A stretch of DNA of 64,000 bases from Balanoglossus misakiensis (Eukaryota > Animalia > Hemichordata). Positions 19,514 through 32,100 of this stretch are shown here, piece after piece. How positions within the stretch are numbered: the first letter of the stretch is position 1; each line of letters starts with the position of its first letter. The position numbers were made by a program, and so were the translations under genes. The notes under the pieces were generated by a model. The model had not been told where the DNA came from, made no database searches, and saw only the letters and a list, made by a program, of their open reading frames with translations. Location: NCBI GenBank assembly GCA_040954595.2, contig CM082590.2:9450088-9514087 (forward strand). Reading direction: 5' to 3'.

Positions 19514-20958
19514 CTGTCTGTATCATATGTACAAAATCCTAATTAATCTAAACATTCTCTGGTTGCAGGTAAAGGCAGGAAGCAAGCTGAATGTAAAATG
19601 GGCAGACGGGGGATGGTATGCAGCTACTGTACTCAGCACAGAACTAGCAATAGCTAAGGTCCACTGGTACGCATTGCCGGCGCAGCTCGATGCCTGGGTG
19701 ACGGAGGACGAGATCGTTGGAGGCTTACCTGCAGGGCCACCAAAAGCAACCAACGCTCCGAGTACCACTGCTAACCAGGGACAGAAACTCACAGCCACTG
19801 GTTCTGTGAGTGCAGATCAAGCAGAAATGCCTAAGGACGCTGGTTTTGTGGGTTATCAAGGCGAAAGACCTAAACCCTCCAAAACTGCGATTGAAACATT
19901 TGAAGAAGATGGTAAGTTGGAGATCAGGCATGTCAAAATGCCTTCTGTGTGAATTGGTGTTTATACTGATGCAAGAATTTCAGCCAAATGCTTTAATTGT
20001 AGGTAAAAGTAGCCGAAATGATAGGATTGTATCATAGCCAATATCACACCCCTCTCATTAAAGTTGATGGGCCACTTTGCATGGTACAATGTCATATTGT
20101 GCTGGTAGAAATGTAGCTCACAAAATATGCGTTTGTCACCTGAGAAAAAAAATACCCATTTTCATACCTGGCTTAGGTTCTTACCAGAAATCGAGGTTCT
20201 TACGTTTTACGGCCTACTAAGTCAAACATCTCAAGGTTCTAGCTTTAATACAGAGTCTTATTTTTAGTTGATGTGATGATAATTTCTCATTATTCATTAA
20301 CAATTATCTTGCATAATTTTCCTTCTCGTTAGACCCTGAAGACAAGTGGCAAGACATGCTGACGTCGGAGTTACTTCCACAAAGGGTTTTCTTAGATATG
20401 GAAGAGAAAGCAAAATCGATGAAAAAACCAGTGTGGTCCGGCCAGCAGCTTAAGTCCGGCGAGTATGAAGCAAGCATAGTGGCGACTAGTGACGATATGG
20501 ACTTTGCTGAGAAACTCTCCCATGTGCTGGAAAAGCGTGGATTTAAGGTGACGACAGACGTCGATAAAATCCATGACTCGAGGGTGTTTTTGCTGATCTA
20601 TAGCGAGAGTACGTCCCGAGATGAAAATGTTGTTCGTCATCTGACGAGAGCAGCAGAGAGGTTTAATATGAACGAAACGATCATCGTCCCTGTGGTGAGA
20701 CAAGGTTGTTCTGCTCGCTCTCTGGATAAGATCCCGGATAATATTGCCTATTCGCTAGCCAATACTTCTTTTATCAATTTGTCGTCGTTTGGGGATCCGT
20801 TACCGAAAGCGCTTGGTGCAGCCGTCAATGAATTAACAGGTGCGTTGGTGTTATCATGCAGTTTGTTTGTTTTCTGGATGGATGACTTGATGGATAGTGT
20901 AGCCATGATGGTGGTTGAGGGTATGATGATGATGAAGATCATCATCATCATCATCATC

Positions 20959-21016
<58 letters not shown>

Positions 21017-21174
21017 ATCATCATCTTCATCATCATCATCAATCATCATCATCATCATCATCATCAATCATCTTCATCATCATCATCATCATCAATCATC
21101 GTCTTCATCATCATCATCAATCATCATCATCATCATCATCATCATCATATATCATCATCTTCATCATCATCATC

Positions 21175-21242
<68 letters not shown>

Positions 21243-21394
21243 ATCATCTTCATCATCATCATCATCAATCATCATCTTCATCATCATCATCAATCATCAT
21301 CATCAATCATCATCTTCATCATCATCATCTTCATCATCATCAATCATCATCATCATCATCATCATCTTCATCATCATCATCATCAATCATCATC

Positions 21395-21443
<49 letters not shown>

Positions 21444-21583
21444 ATCATCATCTACATCATCAATCATCATCTTCATCATCATCATCATCAATCATCATCT
21501 TCACCATCATCATCAATCATCATCTTCATCATCATCATCATCATCAATCATCATCTTCATCATCATCATCATCAATCATCATC

Positions 21584-21630
<47 letters not shown>

Positions 21631-21746
21631 ACTATCATCATCTTCATCATCATCATCAGTCATCATCATCATCATCATCATCAATCATCTTCATCATCAT
21701 CATCATCATCATCATCAATCATCAATCATCATCATCATCAATCATC

Positions 21747-21777
<31 letters not shown>

Positions 21778-21862
21778 ATCATCATCATCATCATCATCAT
21801 CATCAATCATCATCTTCATCATCATCATCATCATCATCATCTTCATCATCATCATCATCATC

Positions 21863-21897
<35 letters not shown>

Positions 21898-22027
21898 ATC
21901 ATCATCATCATCATCATCATAAATCATCTTCATCATCATCATCATCATCATCAATCATCGTCTTCATCATCATCATCAATCATCATCATCATCATCATCA
22001 TCATATATCATCATCTTCATCATCATC

Positions 22028-22062
<35 letters not shown>

Positions 22063-22196
22063 ATCATCTTCATCATCAATCATCTTCATCAATCATCATC
22101 TTCATCATCAATCATCATCTTCATCATCTTCATCAATCATCATCATCATCATCATCATCTTCATCATCATCATCATCATCATCATCAATCATCATC

Positions 22197-22230
<34 letters not shown>

Positions 22231-22593
22231 ATCATCATCTTCATCATCATCATCATCAATCATCGTCTTCATCATCATCATCATCATCATCATCAATCAT
22301 CATCTTCATCATCATCATCAATCATCATCAATGATGATGATGATAATGATGATGAAGATGATGATTGATGAAGATGATGATGATGAAGATGATGATTGAT
22401 GATGATGATGATGATGAAGATGATGATGATGATGATGATGATGAAGATGATGATGATGATGATGGAGATGATGATGATGATGATGATGATGATGAGTATT
22501 ATTATTATTATTGATGATGATGATGATGATGGCGATGGTGATGGCGATGGCGATGATGAAGATGATGATGATGATGATGATGAAGATGATGAT

Positions 22594-22631
<38 letters not shown>

Positions 22632-22686
22632 GATGATGATGATGATGATGATGATGATGAGGATTGATGATGATGATGAAGATGAA

Positions 22687-22720
<34 letters not shown>

Positions 22721-22802
22721 ATTATTATTATTGATGATGATGATGATGATGATGATGATTATTATTATTATTTATGATGAAGATGATGATGATTATTATT
22801 AT

Positions 22803-22833
<31 letters not shown>

Positions 22834-22928
22834 GATGATGATGATGATTATTATTATTGATGATGATGATGATTATTATTATTATTTATGATGAAGATGA
22901 TGATGATGATGATGATGATGATTATTAT

Positions 22929-22960
<32 letters not shown>

Positions 22961-23026
22961 ATTATTATTATTGATGATGAAGATGATGATGATGATGATG
23001 ATGATGATTATTATTATTATTATTAT

Positions 23027-23079
<53 letters not shown>

Positions 23080-23103
23080 ATTGATGATGATGATGATGAT
23101 TAT

Positions 23104-23147
<44 letters not shown>

Positions 23148-26100
23148 GCGATGGCGATGATGATGATGATGATGATGGTGGGGGTGATGATGGTGGTGAT
23201 GATAATGATGATGATGATTATTTATGATGAAGATGATGATGATGATTATTATTATTGATGATGATGATGATGATGATTATTATTATTATTGATGATGATG
23301 ATGATGATTATTATTGATGATGATGATTATTATTGATGATGATGATGATGATGGCGATGGCGATGGCGATGGCGATGATGATGATGATGATGATGGTGGT
23401 GGTGATGATGGTGGTGATGATGATGATGATGATAGTTGTTCTAATGGCTTGATCATTACATTCAGATCTAATTCGTCGCTATGCAAGATCCGAAAAGGAC
23501 TGGTGTGTGAGTGGGACGTGGTGCTGCCAAGCCATTGTGGAGGACCAACGCTCTGGACAGAGAAAAGTGAAAGATTTCATTGTCCTGCTTCATCAAGATG
23601 GAACAAAGGTGAGCTCAAGTCTTGTACTTCTACAGTCATCATGCTTTTATTGTCTTAATTTCTAATGATGTCGTAGGACACCTCTGGGAAAAGGGAGAGG
23701 TTTCTTTAAAGGGACAAAGTCTCTCTCTCGCTGCCCTTTTCCCATTAATTATGTTTGATACAAGACACCGTTTATTTTATTCTACATGTGGATATATAGT
23801 GAATCAACAGTCGACCACACACAACTTCCATCCGACTTGTAGACACAAGAGTGAAAAACTTGCCAAAATGAATAATTGGTCTCTACCGTTTATTCACTTT
23901 GGCGAGATTTTTACTCTCATATCCTACAAACAGGAGAGAGACTTTGTCCCTTTTAATTAACGGTTGGATTTAACATCAATTGATTGACAGACTGCGGACT
24001 AATATTATGTAGTCTGTTGGGTGCTGATTGGTTGTTTTCTTTGAATATTAAATTAATGATGCCAGATTACTGGTCGATGCGCGGCTGAGTGGGAGATTAG
24101 TGGTGATGTCAGCGGCGACGTGGTGCATTTGAAGTTCAAATTCCGTGGCGAATGGTCGCAGAACGATGAAGGGAATTGGACCGAGGATGATTACATGATG
24201 GTCGGCGAGATAGCAGCGGTCATCGTCAATCAAGGGTATCGTCTCGAGGGGAACTACGCCGATCGAACAGATGCTGGGAAAAGCGCTGTGCCTGGAAGAG
24301 GTAAGACTTGTGGTCATCATGGCAGTGTGATCACAGGCAGCACACATGAAAACAGTTCTTAAAGTGTTTATGTCAATGTTTATGTCAAACTCTCAAAATA
24401 AGTCAACAGAACTTAAAGAAGGGAAAGAATCCTACAAATTTGAAGGTATATGGTCACATACTGGTATCCAAATTTAAATTTAATCAACTATGAAAAGTGG
24501 AAATCTAACCATAATCACAGATTTTCATTTTGGTGGCCATGTTTACACATATATCGTACGACAAGACAAAAATGAACAAACAATGATATTTTGGGGGAAA
24601 GTTTGGTTCAAGTGATCAGAATGCTGTCAGTAAAAGTTTAATACAACGTTCAAAGAAAAGTTTTTTTTGTTGACACATTTTTTTCCAGGTGTGCAACGCA
24701 GCAAATCTGTCGGTTTATTCAACGCGACACTGGAGAGATCTGGACTCAGCGGTGTGTATAGCGCTTCATACACAGACAGCAATCTGATTCACTACATCGG
24801 TTTGGTGCATCGAGGTGGAAACGCTGTCATCCTAGAGAACAGCTGGGCCTGTGGAGTCCGACATATGGCATTCTACGACACTGTTTCCAGATACATCAAT
24901 ATTTCCTCCAACCACCAGTTTTATTCATGGACAATCTTTGGTAAGGGTTCAAAACTTATAAGCTCATATATTACCATGTCTGGTACGTTCAACCCCTCTT
25001 GTACCCCCTGATAATTTGTCAAGGGGTGACCAGTTCCCCTTGAAACGATGTCACTCGTACGTTGCTGATGTAAAGTCCCCCTTGCCAGAGAAGAATCCCC
25101 CCCCCCCCAAATATTCTAGCAATCTCCTTGTTGATGCCATCCTGAATGGAACACAGGCTTGTAAAAATGTTGTCAACTCTTTAACTTTCACAGTTCTGTT
25201 ACAATCAATGAGTGATATGAAACAAAAAGCATGCATGTCAGTTTACAGCACAATGTGACATTAATCTTTCATGTTGTATTTCAAAGGTAAAGCATCTGAT
25301 GACAGCACCAAAGGAGTGATCATCGAAGGCTTGTTTGTATTTGTGGATACTAGTGGTGTCACCGAACAGAACATGCACATCAAAATGGAACGTGATGAGT
25401 TGCACACAGCGTACATGAACTCGACAAAGTCGTACGGTGATGAGAACGAACTGATGGCCTTGTACAACCTGAAAGCTGACCGGTAATTAAGTCGGAGCAT
25501 TATGGTTCTTGAGAATTATTGTCTGTGTTGTACCGCAATATATAGCCATCTGAAATCCATTCATTCATGTGGTAGTTTTTCATGCCAGTGGTCCAAATGT
25601 TATGCATGTTCCATTTGGTTTCAACATATTTTCATCTTGCATTCTTTGTGTGTTTGTTTGCTCTGCTCTGTTTTGCTTTACTCTGTTTTTAATTACTGAA
25701 TTAAAAATCATTTTTCTTTCTCTCAAAAGGCAAATACCCATCCCATTTAAGCCGTACATCTACAAACCACTGGCTTTGGATGAATATGCCGCTCTCATCT
25801 GCTGTACAAAACACGAGAAGTCCGTGGCGAATGGTCGCAGAACGATGAAGGGAATTGGACCGAGGATGATTACATGATGGTCGGCGAGATAGCGGCGGTC
25901 ATCGTCAATCAAGGTTACCGTCTCGAGGGGAACTACGCCGATCGAACAGATGCTGGGAAAAGCGCTGTGCCCGGAAGAGGTAAGACTTGTGGTCATCAGG
26001 GCAGTGTGATCATAGGCAGCACACATGAAAACAGTTCTTAAAGTGTTTATGTCAATGTTTATGTCAAACTCTCAAAATAACTCAACAGAACTTAAAGAAG

Positions 26101-29100
26101 GGAAAGAATCCTACAAATTTGAAGGTATATGGTCACATACTGGTATTCAAATTTAAAGTTAATCAACTATGAAAAGTGGAAATCTAACCATAATCACAGA
26201 TTTTAATTTTGGTGGCCATGTTTTCACATATATCGTACGACAAGACATAAATGAACAAACAATGATATTTTGGGGGAAAGTTTGGTTCAAGTAATCAGAA
26301 TGCTGTCAGTAAAAGTTTAATGCACCGTTCAAAGTAAATTATTTTTTGGCTGACACATTTTTTCCCAGGTGTACAACGCAGCAAATCTGTCGGTTTATTC
26401 AACGCGACACTGGAAAGATCTGGACTGAGCGGTGTGTATCGCTCTTCATACACAGACAGTGATCTGATTCATTACATCAGTTTGGTGCATCGAGGTGGAA
26501 ACGCTGTCATCCTAGAGAACAGCTGGGCCTGTGGAGTCCGACATATGGCATTCTACGACACTGTTTCCAGATACATCAATATTTCATCCAACCACCAGTT
26601 TTATTCATGGACAATCTTTGGTAAGTTATAGTCTTATATGCTCATATATGGCCAAGTCTGGTTCAACCCTTCTTGTACCCCCTGATAATTTGTCAAGGGG
26701 TGACCAGTTCCCCTTGAAACGATGTCACTCGTACGTTGCTGATGTAAAGTCCCCCTTGCCAGAGAAGAATCCCCCCCCCCCCCAAATATTCTAGCAATCT
26801 CCTTGTTGATGCCATCCTGAATGGAACACAGGCTTGTAAAAATGTTGTCAACTCTTTAACTTTCACAGTTCTGTTACAATCAATGAGTGATATGAAACAA
26901 AAAGCATGCATGTCAGTTTACAGCACAATGTGACATTAATCTTTCATGTTGTATTTCAAAGGTAAAGCATCTGATGACAGCACCAAAGGAGTGATCATCG
27001 AAGGCTTGTTTGTATTTGTGGATACTAGTGGTGTCACCGAACAGAACATGCACATCAAAATGGAACGTGATGAGTTGCACACAGCGTACATGAACTCGAC
27101 AAAGTCGTACGGTGATGAGAACGAACTGATGGCCTTGTACAACCTGAAAGCTGACCGGTAATTAAGTCGGAGCATTATGGTTCTTGAGAATTATTGTCTG
27201 TGTTGTACCGCAATATATAGCCATCTGAAATCCATTCATTCATGTGGTAGTTTTTCATGCCAGTGGTCCAAATGTTATGCATGTTCCATTTGGTTTCAAC
27301 ATATTTTCATCTTGCATTCTTTGTGTGTTTGTTTGCTCTGCTCTGTTTTGCTTTACTCTGTTTTTAATTACTGAATTAAAAATCATTTTTCTTTCTCTCA
27401 AAAGGCAAATACCCATCCCATTTAAGCCGTACATCTACAAACCACTGGCTTTGGATGAATATGCCGCTCTCATCTGCTGTACAAAACACGAGAAGTCAAA
27501 GGCGGAGAAACTGAAGACAAGCTTGCAAGATATGGCCATCATTCCGATAACACTGGATCTGTCGAAGGCAGACAAGGCACGGACCTTGGTTGTTCTTCTC
27601 TCCTCTCATACTCAGGAAAGCACAGGTAGATTGTAATATTGTTGACTGAAAATTAATCCTGTGGTAAATTTGCAGTAATTTTGCTCTTTGTATATCATCT
27701 ATAGTGTTCTGAAATTAATTGTCTAGTATATGTCCTGTATATGCACACCAACCATTTTTTGTTGTTGAAATCCATTTTAATAATAATTATGACTGTTAAA
27801 ATAAGAGTTTTCTTCGTACTAGTGTGAAAGACAGCAGTAAAAATCTACACGTAACTGTTTTAGGGATGTTGGTCAATGTATGTTATACACTAGACACTAG
27901 GATACAGCTAGTGCAGAAGACTTGATAAACATCAGCATGACCGTGCTGAAACTGTTAGCAAATGTCAGTTGTATTGCTGTTCTCATCAGTGATTTTGTGA
28001 CAGTATTATGAAAAGAAGTATATGTCAACCATGGCTACTAATAAAATAAAACCATTTTCGTGTCTACTTTTCAGAGCTTATCGAAGTCCTCAGTCGGGCC
28101 GCTGACCAAGAGAAACCCATCTTCAACATCGGTCTGGACAGCTGGTTTGCCATATTTGGAGAAAGTAGCTGGAAAGACCAGAATCTGCGCTTAAAGTTGA
28201 TGAACGCCCTCGCGAGGCTGAACCAAACACCGGAAACAACACTAGAACGTCACCATTCGAATTTCCATGGCCTGGTCAAAGGGATTCGCAAATACACAGA
28301 CCCACCAATTTATTATCTGACAGGGCTCTGGGAATTGGAGTATATCGATGTAGGCATGACCAAAAAGACGAAATTCACCGATATTTACGAGCCCCAGAGG
28401 GTAAGATTCTCTGTTTACTATAAGCTCCAACTTGTATAACTTCGCATCTTGTCTGGCAGAATTTTGTTTCCCTTGTGTGTCGATGAAGTGATCCTTTCAC
28501 TGGGACTGTCTTTGACAAATATTGTGAGTCTTTGACAAATATCATGCACACTGTCTTTTACAAATGTACGTACTTCAGTCAAGGATTTGCTAAAGTTTCT
28601 GTACAGAACATTGAATCCAAACACTAATGCACCATTTTATGAATTGTTCAGAATTTCTGATTTTAAATATTTTCCAAGATGACAATTAACCCCAAGAAGT
28701 CAGTAAACATGATAATGAATGTGTTTGTCAAAATCGACTCTCGCAAGGATCTGATAGAAAATATCCCAACTTTGTCGCTCAATATTAGGTACAAGATGAC
28801 GGTGGTGAGGAGTATGATGGATATTTCAGCGAAGGAGAAATTGAGAATGTATCTGGTCAGCCACTGAGGGTAAGTCAAGATTTTTTTTACTCAAAAACCT
28901 GCTTGAAATTTGCCTGCAGAATCTGGCAGTTATTCATGAGATTCAGAGTTTGTTTTTGACTGTTTCGCTAGAGATGTTTACTCAGTTCTTTAAGGCTCCA
29001 TTAGCTGTAACTGTTTGCTATGGGTTCAGTATTTTTCCTTTGTGTATCTACTGCAGTTTCTTATTCTAATTCCTGAATCATGATGAAATTCCCAGCATTT

Positions 29101-32100
29101 AGTTTATTAAAACAACATATGTGTATAGTCAGCATGTCCCTTTCATAATTGCGTCCACTGATCTCCATTCTATAGAAGCTTCTATTTTTTCGAATTGCTG
29201 ATTGGCTATTGAACAGGTGTCCTAAAGGAATATTATGTCCCTTTAATCTTCAGCCGGATCGACCACTCATGATCTTCATGTACTTCAACCCAGCCACCAA
29301 CGAGGTTATTCAAGCCAACGATTTCAGCAACCTCGGACTGACCGGGAAGATAGACACCGAGACGTACCAATTGAAAATGTGGAGCTCGTCTGCCAAGTAC
29401 ACTTTCCATATCAACAGTACAAATGATGCGATGTTAGGAACGTACATCAATAAAGTCACAAAAAGAAAGGTAATGGAATTTAGTTTCTGGAATTTTTTAT
29501 CTATCAAAAGTTGCCTATATGCTTGTTGACTTCTTGGAACATGCTTTTAAATACTTGGCAATTTAGAAAATGGCTGGTCACGTGGTCAAACCACCCACCT
29601 GGACTCAGCATGTGATGTCCTGGTTATCATATTTCTAAATCCCGTAGAAATGAACATATCAAAGAGTAAATTTAATTTGCTTGACTGGCTGTTATACTAT
29701 TCGTCATGCCTGCCTGAAGTGTTGCAAAACATATCTGCAGTAAAACCTGTCTAAACCGAACTCAAAAGGGACTGAAGAAATTATTTAGATTGGAGAGGTG
29801 TCCAGTTTAATTCTAGAGGTTCTTTATACATGTGGTTCTATCAATCAATCAATCAACAAAAGTTTATAAAGCGCCAAAATCCAAACAGAAATTTTGCCCA
29901 ATGACACTCATGGTTAAACCACGCTGTATGCTCTTTCGAACATATGAGTTTTCAGTTTTCTTTTGAAAGTCTGCAGGTTTGTAGATTCCCTGATGTCAAG
30001 AGGTAGTGCGTTCCATGTCAAAGGGACAGGGAAATCTTTTGGTATGGACAGGTTTCCAGGTTAGACAGGGTTTAATTTAGGTTTTACTGTACTGTATTAC
30101 ATGCATTGCAACATTTTCTGTCATAGTACAAAGTGGTGGCCACATACAGCTCTGAAGGCATCAGTGGAGTCTATCGATTTCTGGGAAGTTTGATCGGCGT
30201 CTCGCAGAGCGCTGGCGGAGTTGCGACCATCATAACGGGCTATGGCGTGTCCTCGGCTGTTGTCAGTAACGGACGACTGGTTTTCCACCCCGCAATGCCG
30301 AAAGGGAAAGAACAACTAACAACTTTCGCAGGTACGAAGTCCATACACTATTTTCATCATGCAGCCATCATGGATATGATTATAAATTCAAACCATGGCC
30401 AGGGGGAACTCCCTTGATACACCCATTGCGATCGAATCTCGCAAATGTGTCATGTTCATCGTGTACCAGAAGAACATGCAGTATTCGGAAATGATGCTTG
30501 TGAAATATGTACCTCTCTTTATGATGTTTTTGACAAGTACTTATATAAACATGGAAACTACTCTGTTTGTGATTTACAGGATACAGTACACATCGCAATT
30601 GATGTCTGGGTGGGGTGCTTTCTGTGTGTGTGTGTGTATGTGTCATTTCATACAAGTGGAATGTGGATCATTAGACCCACTAAATTTTGTTTCATCTCCA
30701 TATCTGTGTTTCTATTTTTTCCTCAATTTTTGAAGAAAAATACTCAAGATTACCTTGAGTGAAAGATGAGACAATGTTTACAACTTGATGATCAAAATTG
30801 ATTTTCGTGCATCTTTCTTCACACACGAACAGCTCGAATAAATGAATACGAAGATGGTGTCCGATTGGAAGGCTATATTTACGCTTCCACTGCTTTGATG
30901 CCGAGACAGAGGCTTGAGGCTGTGCAGTTGGCAACCAGTTTGAACCGGATTATCAAGACTGGAGACAAGGTGTTAACAGCTCCCCCTGAGGTTGTCAAAT
31001 TGGTACAGAGTTACTTTGATGTGCTGGAGAAGAAGGATTATGACCAAGTGTTGCCTCGTAAGTGGTGAAAGTTTCGTCTCTTTTGCCCGTATCTGTTCTC
31101 AGTGCCTTCGCTTGGCCAGTCTTTGGCTAATTTTGTACATAGTCTGTCTTTGACAAATAACTATGGATGGTCAAACTCACTCTGTTCTCAAAGCCATTCT
31201 CATCGCGTTAAATGTTTATTTATTTACTGAATTTTACTGTCCCTAAAATGGGAAACTCGAATTGTAACTGCACACATGAGTCATAAAAAATACACATCAT
31301 CAACAACAAAAAAGTATTAATCAAATCACAAAGTTACACCACAATGAATTCAAACAAGATTGGATCACTTTCTTAGTCTCAAATTTATGACGTTTTTAAT
31401 GTGTCATTTTGTGTATATTCTGTCACTCTAGTTCTAAGTGCCACTGCAAAACAAAATTATCCCAAAGCTGTGTTTATGAAAGAGACAGAGGATCATATGC
31501 AGAACGAAGGGAAGTTCATTCGAAACTCCGCTAAACTAGTTGGGCGGCGAGAAATGTCGACTGGCGGGCAGAAGATCGGACAGACGCGATATGAATTCGA
31601 TCTGGATTTTGAGAGGAGAAAGAAATGGAGGATGATGTTTCTGGTGGGAGACAATGATGGACTTATAGCAGGTGAAGTGGACCCCCTTTTTATACAAAGC
31701 AGTAAAAGCTCCATTAGCTGTAACTTTGCGATCTGTTTTCAGTGTTTTTGTTTTGTGTATAACTGCATGCAGTTTCTTGTTCAAATCCATGAAACATGAT
31801 GAAATGTCCAGCATTTAGTTTATCAACACAACATTTATGTTTATACTCTATTGCTGAATGCAATACAATTTATTACAATACAGTACAATTCAATACAATA
31901 TAATACAATGCAATACTCTACAATACAATACATTTACAGGTCTGGAAAGTTTGGAGGAGGAAGCCAGAAGTCAACATCTGAGCGAGTATGACGTCATGAT
32001 CAGCTATCGTAGTTGGGACGCACGATGGGTAGATCTGCTACAGCAGTATCTGGAGAAACATAACATTATTGTGTGGAGGGATCGTAGGATGGAAGTCGGT

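Noticed and set aside
20840-22368. 670-aa ORF 20356-22368 with poly-I/H/S tracts
   Set aside because: Only 20333-20839 is exon. The rest is read-through into the (ATC)n microsatellite after a good donor (CAG|GTGCGT).
28679-28867. 62-aa ORF MTINPKK...
   Set aside because: The likely exon is 28789-28869 in another frame (VQDDGGEEYDGYFSEGEIENVSGQPLR), which fits the flanking phases.
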